DNA of 64,000 nucleotides, from NCBI GenBank assembly GCA_001949185.1, contig BDGG01000001.1, positions 1,107,153 to 1,171,152 on the forward strand. The letters are read 5' to 3'. Below are positions 39,201-51,218 of the stretch, piece after piece. Every line of letters begins with the position of its first letter. Positions within the stretch are counted from its first letter, which is position 1. Made by a program: the position numbers and the translations under genes. The notes under the pieces are model-generated. The model was not told where the DNA came from. It saw only the letters and a list, made by a program, of their open reading frames with translations, and ran no database searches. Origin of the DNA: Ramazzottius varieornatus. Its lineage: Eukaryota > Animalia > Tardigrada.

Positions 39201-42200
39201 GCAATTAGCGGAAGTTTAATCAGACGGACACGCGACAGTTGATGCTTATCAAATGACACTTTTGCCCACTTTCCCTCTATCGTAACTAATTTGTCAAAAT
39301 TCTCTTGGTAATATTTCTACTTTTCTCTTTTCAGGTTCCATAATCGGACGAGCGCAGCCCGGATCGTGGTGCAGATGCACGACAGCCTGGACTTCTTCTG
39401 TCCCGATTACCTCAACTCGCAATATCAAAGCTTTACCGGTGCCAAAAAGAGACCTACGGATTATGGAGCAGAAGAAATCTACATGGTAAATTAAAGAATT
39501 AAACGATGTTGCTAAATCCTGCATCCAGTTTGTTGCTTTCATGAGTGAGGTCTCGCATCTTGAAATTTATCGATTCAGAGCATCCAAAGCGAAATTTCTA
39601 AAGTTTCTTCGGCAGACGTTTTGTGAATAGAGCTTCGAGAAGCGTCTGGTAAGAGGGAGATATCGATTGCGTTTGGGTGAAAAGTGCAGCATAGCCTGCA
39701 GGAGGTTGGGATGAGCGTGTCAGGATAGATTTGCACTGGGAGAGTGATCCGTCATGATTATAATATTGGAAGGCTGACCCTTGCATTTCAGCGTGTCAGC
39801 CATAAGCCCGTCTGATCCATCTGGGGATTGTTTACAGGTGAACGGAGAGGATTACCAGCAGTGCTTCCAGGACGATGCCAAAGAGCGACGTCTAAACAAG
39901 AAGCAGACCAAACTCTTACTGCGATGTCCCAACAAAATGACAGCCAACGACCATCACAGCAGCCGTCCCAACAACAACATCAAGGCCAAATATCAGTACA
40001 CCGTTTCCTTCCGCATGTTCTCGCCCATGCCCAAAGGACCCGAGTTCAGCTGCAATCACGAATACTACTTCCTCGGTAAACACCCACACTCAATCATAGA
40101 TTTTCCTGCCGGTCAGCAACCTTTACTACAGGGCAATTTAAGGTCCGAACAACACGTTGAATATTTTACGAGACCGTAATTGACCTTCCACGCTGTACTT
40201 CCCTGTTCTGGATAGTCAGTTCGTACTTGAGACTACGCAACGAAGGTTGAGGTTGAAATTTATTCTGAAGAGGGACTATTTGTCCATCAGCCTTGATGTG
40301 GTTTGTTGAATTAGTGTTGCGAGCTTGAAGAGAAGGAAGAAGGGAAGAGCGGCTGTGTTTGCGCAGAAGCGGAAGATTGAAATGACGGCGGCAGCTATCT
40401 TGTATGCCTTGGATGGCTTTCAAAGTGGTGATTATCGATTTCGCGCCCGAATTGTCCCACTTTGCCTTGCTTCTGTGCGAGTTTGCCGGGAAGAGACGCC
40501 TATATTGGTAGACAAAGTGTTAATCAGTCAAGTGAAGACAGAAGAGAATGGTCGGATCGGACAGCAAAAGCAGGAAAAGGCCCTTCGCTTTCAAGGATGG
40601 TGGCCTTCCTTTTGAAATGACCAGACAACTGCGAACAATCAGCCAAAATTGATATTGACTGTTCACAGCCCGTGCTGATTGTTAAGAGCAAAGCCGAAAA
40701 CTAACTTAGTGCGACAGACGCGAATGCGACACCGAATACCCAACTCGTTCGTCTAAAGAAAACTCGAGCAGATTGTCTTTAGTAGTGGCGCACACCTTCG
40801 GCTAAAAACATTGAAGCCTTGCGCCACTTGAGAAAACTCGGCAAGATCTCTCCCAGGTGTCATTGGCAAAAAATCATTTGGAAAAATCACTTGGATCTAG
40901 TTGAGCTCGATTGGCAGGCTCCTTTTTGTTTCTCCGGGCTGAAATCGCCCGAATCTTCCCACATTTTTACTTTACGGGAATGAACTGTTCCAGTCGGGCG
41001 ATCTTCCTTGGTCGGTTTAGCATGTGTGAACTTTTCCCGTCCAAATGTGTGTCAAATCGTTCATCAGCGCTGAGTACCGACACATCAAAAGCGTGACACA
41101 CTGAACACGTTTTTGCGAGATTGATCCGCTTCAAAAATCCATTCTCCGATGAATCACAGTAGCCAGATATCCAAAAGTCATCCTCACCAGCTCTGCTTTC
41201 ACATTGTCAAGCTAACTTTCCTGCGCAGAGAGACAGACAAACCATCTGCCTGTGAACAGAGTCCACTTTCATGTTCATTTCCGCGTCGCTGCTTCCTGAC
41301 AGTTTCATCGTCATCCCGCATACTTCATACTCTCTGCACTCTATATAGGAAATGGGGGAAACGCTAGCCAAGCGCGTTCACAACGAGAGAGGAGTCCAGA
41401 TGTACACAGTATCTCTGGATAATTAACCAAGCAGAAACTGGAGCTAGGCAATGCCAGAATAAAAGAGGAGCAGGAAATCCCAGCAGATTTTGTGGTTGAC
41501 TGAGCGAACTAATTGATTAAGAGACCGACTTGTTTATCCTTAGCTCTTTACAGAGATGGAGCCATAATTACCCAACGGAAGAGTTTAATTAGTTGGACTT
41601 ACTTCCTGACCTTATTTGTTTGGATGATATTACATTATCGATCTCCTCTCTTTGTGTCACAGGTATCTTCCCTGGACAAGCCAAGGGGTCACAGGATGAA
41701 TCAAGCCACGAGGAGATGGTTGAGAAGGCCCTGTGCTCCAGTAACGCATTACGTCTACAAATTTTCGTTTCATGCACTGGTAAGAACATACTGTACCATA
41801 GCAAACTGGAATGCATTTCTGTGCAATCATCCAAGCCAGCTTATTACCAACAAAACATTTAAGTTGGCTAAAACTGGTAGCAGTCAAAACATTCAGCATC
41901 AATGAGAAATCAATAATACTTTTTTTAGATGGTTCTGGGAGACATGACTTTGACAAATTCCCACTGATGCCCAACGTTATCCAGCTGGACCGACCAGCGC
42001 CTTCTGCTGACCTCCTCATGGCCACGCCCGACTCCAGTACAACCATCCCTCCACCCACCGTCAAGAAACCCATCTTGTCAACCCAAATCCTTCCTTTCGA
42101 CCTTCCACTACCATCCTCGGCCAAGCGCACTTCAACAACACCTCCCTCCAACTCACCACCAACAGACTCCGAAGGAAAAGTCTTCGTGTCACGCAGCGAC

Positions 42201-42542
42201 CGTAAAATCATGCGCCAACAAAGTGAGGTGGCCCAACTGGCGTCAACGACGAAAGAGCCCATTGACCAAGAGGGTGTAACGTTCATCGTGGAGTTTGATG
42301 GTCAGAAGATCACCTCAACATCCACGCTGCCTTCTTCGACGGTCCTGCCCAGATCGAGAAGACCGCGACCGACAACCAAGCATGGAAATTATACTTCGCA
42401 CAACAAGTCGGCATTCTCCCGTCCGCGCACGACAACATCAACAGCGCAAAGACATTGCTGCCATATTTTTGGCTTGTTTTGTACGATATTTGCATTCTTG
42501 GTGGTGATGCCACAGCTGGACAGAATACTCGATATTCTTTGA
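36202..42542 (+). CDS. Ephrin paralogue 2, probably GPI-anchored; exons 36202-36380, 39335-39485, 39838-40075, 41663-41779, 41929-42542
   Basis: Exons 2-4 have the same lengths (151, 238, 117 nt) and phases as paralogue 1; HPKYPPVIWYPEFAM/F; LCSSNALRLQIFVSC; Thr/Ser/Pro stalk and hydrophobic C-terminal tail IFGLFCTIFAFLVVM. Confidence 0.88.
38470..38600. repeat. Two tandem dispersed palindrome copies, ephrin-2 intron 1
   Basis: gcagcgcac...gtgcgccacttgagaaaa and gaagtggcgcac...gtgcgccac. Confidence 0.75.
40781..40837. repeat. Dispersed palindrome copy, ephrin-2 intron 3
   Basis: agtggcgcac...tgcgccacttgagaaaa. Confidence 0.75.
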
Positions 42543-43099
42543 AGAGGTTTGGACAGAGAAGATAACTCGCTCAACTTTGAAGCTTCAATTCGTTCGATAT
42601 GGGCACCCGGCTGTGATACGTATACAGTATACATTTTTTCGGTTTTCTCTTTTCGAGTACTCGATCGTAGCCCTGCTGCTTTGGAAATTCTCGCTAGGAA
42701 ATAGATCTTGATGCTGATAAAATTTAGGACACGTATACATCAATAAAACTGCGTAAGAAAAGAACGCATGGTGGACGAATGATGTACACATGCCATACGC
42801 GCTGGAAACTACAAATAGAATTTTCAACTTTTCTCAGTGGCCAGAGGCAACTACATAATTAAAGACATTAAGACGAGTTAGCTACCTTTCTTCGAGTCGT
42901 GAACTTTCAAGACCGAACGCGGTTGGTTGACAGTAGAGTCGGGAGGGGTGGAGACGGACCAAGAATCTCGCCGATGTGGTGGAGCCATGTCGTCCGAAGT
43001 GAACAGTCGACGTTGGGCTTGTAATAGCCAGAGACATGGATCGAGTCTTGGCCGGGCTTCGCTTGCAAGTAAAGTTCGTGGTGGATAATTTTCATTCCT

Positions 43100-44207
43100 T
43101 ACTGTCACGAATGTTTCTTTGAGCTCTTTACAAGTGACGTTGCTACAGACTTTCTCAAAGCTCCCCCCGAAGATCTTGCGGACGACCCGCCGGACGACTT
43201 GTTCGAGCCGGCACTGGCATTGGAGAGGCGTGCAGACTCACTGCAGAGGCTTTGGGTTTTTTTGAACCGGTCTGCTGGGTTGACAACGCGAGGCTGAACT
43301 ACGTACGGACGTCGATGGCGTACTTTGAATTGGTACACCTGCAAACGAGAAACAGAATCATCTGCATACGCACGTTATCTAGACTGAACGACCATATCTC
43401 GAACATCTTCATGTTCTGAGTTTTTGCTGGAAGTGTAAATATTGTATCTACCAATGTTCTATGATACAACATTATTGTGTTATTATGGCCTCACCTGGCT
43501 TAGGCGTGACTGTAATAAGCATCGATCCCTTCTGTACCAACTTTTCCGGCATACTCGGATCCACCGACTGATCTTCCCTGGGGCGGATCGCCCGGTAACC
43601 GTCTAATGTTTTCCTAACCGTCACTATCGATATCGGTCGAGCAAAAGAGGACTCTGTCACGGCGCTGCTTCTCGCCCAAGTAGAGACCAGCGTGGTCCGT
43701 GTGGCGTTGGTCAACTTCGAAGCGCCTTTAGGATGACGACCTGCAATTCAAGTTACTGTCAGAAGAATTTCCGCAGAGAAGAGTAAAATTATTACCGGAT
43801 GTTGTTTCTTAATAAGGAACGGTTTCCATACTTTGTTTTGGAGTATCTACCGTGTACCGAGATACGAAACTTGGAAACGTCTAAAATTCTTCGGTTACCA
43901 TTAGTCATACCTCGGCGAGGTTTTAGTGGGGCGCTGATCTGCTTGCGGTGATCCTGGTCGGTGAAGGACCGAAGCCTGGCCGCTTCATTTGCGTTGACTT
44001 GATGGGACTTCAAGTAGTCAGCGAGGGCTTCTGTGTCGGCAAAGTTCTCCGCTGGTTCGAAGGAACTGAACTTTTCCTCCCAGCCAAGCCATTTGATTTT
44101 GAACATCTCTGGGAAACCCTTCGCCGGATCGAAGTCTTTATGCCCAATGATTTTTTCCACTTTCCACCCACCATCACCGATCCATATGCCTCTGTGCTGA
44201 CCGCTAT
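43100..44207 (-). pseudogene. Chromodomain paralogue A, probably disabled; 3' boundary approximate
   Basis: WKVEKIIGHK..FKIKWLGWEEKFSSFEPAENF; against paralogue B the ATG position reads ATA and 2 extra nt precede the domain. Confidence 0.55.
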
Positions 44208-44247
44208 TATGCAATATTTTGACTTGGTAAAGAACACAAATAAAATC

Positions 44248-44458
44248 TACTGTACTGCCTCTAAGGTTTCGCGCAGTCACGTGACAGGCCAGTAAGTATT
44301 GCGTGGCGGGGATGAAAAACTTCACTGCCATCAATCAAAAATTCCTGGCCAATCAAGCACAGCAATGTGCTACAATCAAACAATCAGTGATATGAGGCCC
44401 CGGGTGTAGTTCACTGATCGGTCACGTGACTGCGCGATACCTTAGAGGTAATACAGTA
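44248..44458. mobile_element. MITE, ~210 bp, with ~48-bp terminal inverted repeats flanked by TA
   Basis: Left tactgtactgcctctaaggtttcgcgcagtcacgtgacaggccagt versus reverse complement of right end tactgtattacctctaaggtatcgcgcagtcacgtgaccgatcagt. Confidence 0.85.
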
Positions 44459-44969
44459 GTTATTATGGGAAACCCAAAGATAATTTCGCCCCGATTGTCA
44501 TACGGACGACAGCCATGATGAGAACGTTAGCCTGCCCGAAGGCAGCATGCAGAACGGCTTCCTCGAAATTTGTCCGGCGAAGACAAAATATACAATAAAA
44601 GGCTGATTTTCCTCGAAACAAGTGAAAGGGAGCAGTGCACAAGCTTTCATGAGTTTCCTCTATTGTCGAGAAATTCAAAAGGCGGCGCGTCAATCTTATC
44701 ATTCTCTCCATTCTTAAGGCTTCCTTCGTCATGTCAAGAAAACGAAAGGTTACCCAGAACTCTAATTGTTTAAAGTACGAACGTCCACACCTGGAGAGGT
44801 TATGAAAACGAAACCAAAAGTCCAATAGTACTATCGCCGAACCTTTGAACAACGTGGTCTTTGATAAAACGTTACAGTATACACTAAACAGTACTCAGCG
44901 AGAGAATAAATCTAAAAACATTAATCCGGCTCTTATTCGAGTGAAAAAGCTCGATAAAACGTTCTGTGT

Positions 44970-47599
44970 TCAATTCGATTTACGGCTTCGTGTCACTCTC
45001 GACGATGCGGCAGACGCTTGTGCAAGTCTGTTGGCTGGCACAGGTCGACGAGTCTTGTTGGTAGGTCGTTCATTTCGTGCTGGAGAAGACACGGTTCTCT
45101 TGACAGACTTTTGGACCATGAGCGACTTTGAGCGGCTGACGGGCGATGGAGGACGTCGAGTAAATTCACGGCGGTTTTCGTACCCTTGTGCACGACTTGG
45201 ACCGCGAGCTAAGGCCGATTTACTTCTCGCTACGAAAAACAGCAAAACGTTATTACATATTCAGGAGCAAGTTGATATTCTGGATTCGGCTATATTTCCA
45301 CCGAGCGGCAATTAACCATAATAGTGGGACAGTGTAGCATTTTTACACTGCCGCATTTTTTCTACATTACTTTGTACTTTTCAAACGGGATAAGTATGAA
45401 ATCTTCAGACAACTTTCTTCCGGCGTACCTATTTTGGCTAGCTCGCTCAAAAGGGTTCCGTTGTTCAGTCTTGAAGTGCCGACAGTCGCTGCAGGTGGCG
45501 GCATTATTTCTGACGAGAGCGAGCGTGACTTTGTTCGTGATACTGAGGGAGAAACTGAACGCGACAGGGAGCGCGGAGGCGATGAGTGCCCAGCGAAAGT
45601 CGAAGCTTGTGGAGGCGTGGGAGTCTTGGGTGGCATTACTGACGAACTATTCGAGGAAGACGAACCGCTGCGACTTCGATTTTTCATCTTCTGGTGACCT
45701 GTTACGGAAACGAGCGGATAAAAATTAATCCTGCTTTCATCCAAGTGAAAACGCTAGATCAACTAATCAAGAAAAACAATTTCACTAGTGAAGGAAGGCC
45801 GGCAAACGAAGCGCACAAGGTTGTTATCTCAAGTGGCGCGCATTTTCATTGTTAGTAGATGGAAGCATGCACCACTTTAGAAAACACTTCTGTGGGCTTC
45901 GTTTGCCGGTTGGTCAATCAGCCCCAATGCGGTCACCATTTCCATACCGACCTTTCTTCGGGTTGGGAACTTTTAAAATAAGACGCGGTCGGTCGGCAGT
46001 GGAGATCGGTGCTGCAGAGGTAGATCGAGAATCTCGTTGAGGTGCAGTTGTCTGGATGCTGGAAGTAAACAGCCGGCGTTTCACTTGCAGCTGCGAGCGA
46101 CCTGTACTCTTTACTGGGCTCCTCACAGGCGACTTGACCACCGACATTCTGGTTCGTGGTCGACACGACTCTCCAAAGCTCTTTGCCGGAAACTGGACTA
46201 CGGATTTTCGGGAGGCTCGTCCAGAAGATCCGACAGAATACTTGTCAGAAGACTTGCGCGAAGTGGTGCTTGAACCGGGCAGGCGTGTTGAAGCTTCCGG
46301 TTTCTCGAAACGATCGGCTCGACTAACCACCCGACGGTGGACTGCTGAAATAGATGGCGTTTATTGACTGGAAACAGCTGGAAAAAAATACGTGATTTCA
46401 TTCCGATGATTTGGATCTGTTTGACAATACATTTCCGTCTTTGACTTCTGGTCGAACAGCGAGAAGATTCCTTGTATTTTCTACCCATTTTCTACGTTAA
46501 CTGGCAAATCTAATGTTGACCGGAAGCGCAGGCTTCACAAGTTTACCTGGTGTGTGCGTGGCTGTGACCGGCAAAGCCCTCCGGAATTCCGGGATACCCA
46601 GATCCACCGACTCGTCATCGTCCGTACCGCCATTTGAGCTATCCGATGGACGTGTGAAAGTATCGACCTGCTGTGATCCATTCCCACCACGAGGATTGAC
46701 TCGCTTCTGCATGCTATTGAAGGAGTCACGCTCTTGGTCAGCCTTGTCTACGCGAGTCTTTCGTTCCACACACTTTCGCTTCTGAAGCTTGTCTTCCTTG
46801 GGTGTAGCTGCACGCTTGGCCCGTGTCCTCTTTTTTCTGCCACATATGTTAGACTGCACGGGCTTGGAAGTTGGAGGTGACAATAAGCCGCGGCTCCCGT
46901 GATGAACCACCATATTCCCATCAGCATCATCTCTGACATCGGTCGTGCAGAAAAGAACCTTGTAGTCGCACTCAACCTTCCCATTCACCAATGCACAAGT
47001 GTGGTCACTGGTGTGCGCGGACTTGGAAGCAGGAGGACGACCTGCGAAATAGTCAAGCGCGGATGAATTTTTGGTACTTTGGAGCTCGGCATGCAACTTG
47101 ACAAAATCGCTTTCCCAAGTGACGCACATACCCGGTGCTGTTCGCCGTATGTGTGCGCAACTTAAAGGACAATCTTGTCAAACCTATCTGCTGAACCCCC
47201 ATTTCAGTCTAGGTGAATGTTTTAGCGACTTATACATAGCAAGTTTTAAAAGTTGACGGTGGAGAAAGAAACTGTATTTTTCTAATTGACTGTACATTTA
47301 CATAAATTACCTCGACGACGGGGAGCGCTGACTTGCTTGTGAGGAGCCTGGCCGGTGGAGGACCGAAGCCTGGCCGCTTCATCTGCGCTGACTTGATGGA
47401 ACTTCAAATATTCAGCGAGGACTTCTGTGCAGGCAAGGTTCTCCAGATGTTCAAACGAACTGAACCTGTCCTCCCAGCCAAGCCATTTGATTTTGAACAT
47501 CTTTGGGAAACCGGTCACCGGGTCGACGTCTTTATGGCCGACGATCTTTTCCACATCCCACTGAGCCTCTTGATCCCAGGTCTCTGTATTCACCGCCAT
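44970..47599 (-). CDS. Chromodomain paralogue B with long S/R/K/P-rich disordered tail; exon 1 47599-47311; 3' exons approximate
   Basis: MAVNTETWDQEAQWDVEKIVGHK..FKIKWLGWEDRFSSFEHLENL; phase-1 splice to the exon at 47041 (GRPPASK..); downstream low-complexity ORFs on the same strand. Confidence 0.65.
45823..45885. repeat. Dispersed palindrome copy, between ORFs of chromodomain paralogue B
   Basis: tctcaagtggcgcgca...tgcaccactttagaaaa. Confidence 0.7.
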
Positions 47600-48253
47600 C
47601 ACTAGCAACTCTACGTGCTGATAACAAACAAGTAAAAAATCTTCAAAAAAGAATGGAAACGTCCTTAAAAAAATGAGTGTCGCGAAGAACCTATGGCATC
47701 GGAGCCGGATAGTGCAAAGGTCCACGAAGCACTGAAGGCCCTGTCAACCCGTTCAACAAATTTTGTCATGGTAGCGATCCATGCTTCAAAGAAAGAGCTA
47801 CAAATAAGGGAAAGCATACACGAGACAATGATGGAATACTTCACGTGGAACAGATCAAGAGGAATGGCGTCACTTTGATGGGCTTCACCCATTTGAGAGT
47901 TTGAAAGCTGGCGTCAACCTCTCGAGCTGAAACCATTGTCTTTTTCGATGCATCCCCGCAGCACCGAAGAGTCCACGCTCCCTTCTACCCTACACGTGGT
48001 CACAAACAGCTTGGAACAGTCAAACCTTTAATTGGCACAAGCGAGATTCGGCGTAACGTAAAATGTAACCAGTGACACGCAGAGGATCTAAAAGTAACAG
48101 GACAGCAGGCCGAAGAAAAACTGCAGGACGGAGTATGACGACGAAAACTAAGAAAGAGCTGCCATGAATCGAACAACAATGAAAGCCGTACGAGCAGGAT
48201 ATTCAAGATCGAAAACATGAATTGATGTGAGAACGGAATAATCCAAAAGCTAT

Positions 48254-49794
48254 CTATTTCGTGTTTTTATCTTTGGAGTTGATAGTAGGCGGAGCACCGT
48301 GTGGAGAATACTATATAATCCATAAGATGTTCTGTGTAAGATCGAACCTTTGTTATATCTGAAAAGAGCCTCCTAGCTACTTACGATCAGACGGACAGCG
48401 AAGAAGGCATCCTTGTCAGTATACCGAGTCGCTAGCGCAGACTTCAGTGCGCCACTTGACGTCACTCCGACCGTACTGGTCTTTTCCTGCAAGGACTCCA
48501 GACTGATGTACTTGTCGGAAGGTTCGTGGAGCCGCAGTCGGCAGTGTAGGGTAACATGACCCTGTTCAGCCTGAAGAAGAAACCCATTACAGGGCACATT
48601 AAACACAGTGGCGCACTAACCATGTAACGACTACAGCACAATGCGCGAGTTTGACCAAACAAGAAAATTTCCAGATCGAATGGCGCACATATTTAGGTTA
48701 AGGAATAGGTGCAGTGCGCCGCTCAACTGCCAAGTTCGAATTCTGTCCGAGTTGCAGGTTTTACATAATCGAAAAACAAAGGAACGCGCCGCTTCATGAG
48801 TTTTCACACAGAAATGGAACCAATCCCACATACCGCGCGATGGACGGTCGTGAAGCCATTGACAACTGCGATGTAGTTGTAGTTGTTGTGGAGTGTCACG
48901 ACATTCTCTGGTTCTCTCGTCACAATGAAGTGCGCTAGAGATTAACAACGACGTCGATCTCACTCATCGAGAGTAGTTCAAGAGCAGCCATTGAGACAAA
49001 ACGGAAACTTACTGTGGAAAGCTTGTGGGTCGTCGGGACCATTTCCGTCCAGTACCAGCTGGCCATTAGGTGCTTGGAGGATCTGCAGCGTCCGTCCAGT
49101 CGTCTTGGATATCAGTTGCAAGACGTTTCCAGTTTGGAAAAGATTCTACAAAAGATAACAGTTGCCTGCCTGAGAAATTACAAAGAGTTGGGCTGGGTGG
49201 GGAGAAATAAACCGGCTATATTTACCATGATCGCGCTGCTGCCATAATGCTTCGCGATCGTTTCGTCTAACTTTGCGGAGACGTAATCGACAGTTTTGTT
49301 CGCGGCGACCAGCCCTTTATTCACCAACTTCTCTCCAGCCTTCGTGATGGAACCCAGAAGACCCCCTGGACTGTTCTACAGTAAGGCAAAACGAGAAGAG
49401 ATCAAATAATAATCATCGACCAAAGTGGCGCATACGTATATCACAAAAGTACAGCTCAGTGCGCCATGTGACCGAATTTGTCCCAACCTTGCTCACTTGT
49501 AACTGGATGGCGCACTTCGACTGGAAGACGAATGCAGTTATGCGCGAGCATGCTTACCAGGCTGCTCTTCGACTTGTCTTTCGCATGAGCTTCGGTGGTT
49601 GTTGTTTTGGTGTAGGAATAGGAGTCTCCTGGAGCTCCAACATGATGTGATTGTTCCACTTTGACCTCGTATCCAGGAGGAAAGGACTGGACGGAAGGAT
49701 TAGGTGGAGGGTACTGGTACGTGGTGTAGACGGGAGTATAATCCTCAGTCGGATTGGGAGACGCTGCGGTGTAGTTACTTCCAATACGAGGCAT
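48254..49794 (-). CDS. Uncharacterised protein: Pro/Tyr-rich N-terminus, amphipathic linker, C-terminal beta-trefoil (FGF/fascin-like) domain; multi-exon
   Basis: Spliced exons FQTGNVLQLISKTTGRTLQILQAPNGQLVLDGNG / HFIVTREPENVVTLHNNYNYIAVVNG / LRLHEPSDKYISLESL..VGVTSSGALKSA show three beta-rich repeats; last exon YSPHG..KNTK*. Confidence 0.6.
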
Positions 49795-51218
49795 TCTTCA
49801 AGCTTTCCGGAAGTTTGCTGAACAGATAAGACACAAAGAATTCAGGACGTAAGAGGATGGTCTCAAAGGAAAGCCAGAAAGAATCTGAAAGATCAGGAAC
49901 TGACTTCAGTGACTTGTGAGGTGACTTCCCGTTGGAAAGTGACGTATAAACAAACATGAACGATGTATATGTCACAGCCACTGAATGCGCCACCCAAACT
50001 AAAGAAATCTATCAATCAATGGTTTAAACTCGAAAAGCTGAATTCGCAAAACTCATCGATTTTACTGATCAGTGATCACTATCGTATGACATGTGTCACA
50101 CAGCCATAGTCCATTGTTGTATCCTTTTCTGGACCAAACTATACCTGGGAAGTTCTCTGTTGATTTCTCCCATTGCCGTCGGCCTACTTGGTTCCCCGTA
50201 GATGAGAGTCCGGGAAAACGATATACCACGTATCCCTATGAGAGCCATTTCAAAAGCTGACCAAGGCAAATCGTAAGCGACGCACTATTTCGCGAGGCGC
50301 GAGCTCGAGTGGACATTCTCACGACTATATTCTTCTCGGTTTCACTGATCGAACGAGATGGACACACCGGGGCATGCCGTACCTCCAACATCTGAAGGCC
50401 TCTGCGGACTCGAGGTTGTATATTTCCTGATGGGCGAGCAGTTGACTGAGAGTCGAAACGGAACACCAGGCAATCCTGATTTCTGAATGAACGACTCCGC
50501 AAAAGTCGCTTCCGCCACGATGACCGATGTCAGTCCTGCTCTTCTGGACAGGATCTTCCAGCATGTTGATTTCTTCACGCTGCTGAATTTACGATTCGCG
50601 CAGGATGGTTTTAGGCATCATTGTCCCAAGGTTTGATCCTCAGTCTCATGTACAGTCTTACTGTATGTTCTGCACTGTTTGGGTGTTTGCGGAGCCCGGA
50701 ATGTTGCGATTTCGAGACAGTCTGTTCCGTTCATGCGACAAGTCGCTCTAGTCTTGGACTTCATCCACGAAAATAATCTCGCTCCGATAAACCTCCTTTG
50801 GCAGTTTGTAAAGAAAGCACGCCTGCTGTTCGTGTTCGAGCACGAATACGAATGTCCAAGTAGGCCGCGGCAGGTTCTGTTCTTGAACGAGATCTGGAAT
50901 TCCTACGAGGCACAAGTTACCCTCCACCATTACACCATCTTGATCAACGCAGTCATGTATGCTCATATCGCATTTGAGTCGTCCGAACTGTCACATAAAA
51001 TGTTTAACCGAGTTGGCTTCCGTGTTATGCTGACTGGGCTACAGTCAACTTCCGGGGCTATGAATTCTTCCTTTATAAACCGGCTTTCGTTTTATAATAT
51101 GGTTACAGAGATCGGGATTCCGGTAATAATACAGTTTGTTACTAAGCCATGCACAGCTTCGCGGTAGAGGACCCAGTCGTCATACCCGGACTCACTCTTT
51201 GATCAGGCTCGAGAGGGG

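Noticed and set aside
50236-51167. Short ORFs downstream of the CASD1-like gene as the missing TM domain
   Set aside because: Not multi-pass hydrophobic and no CASD1 C-terminal motifs
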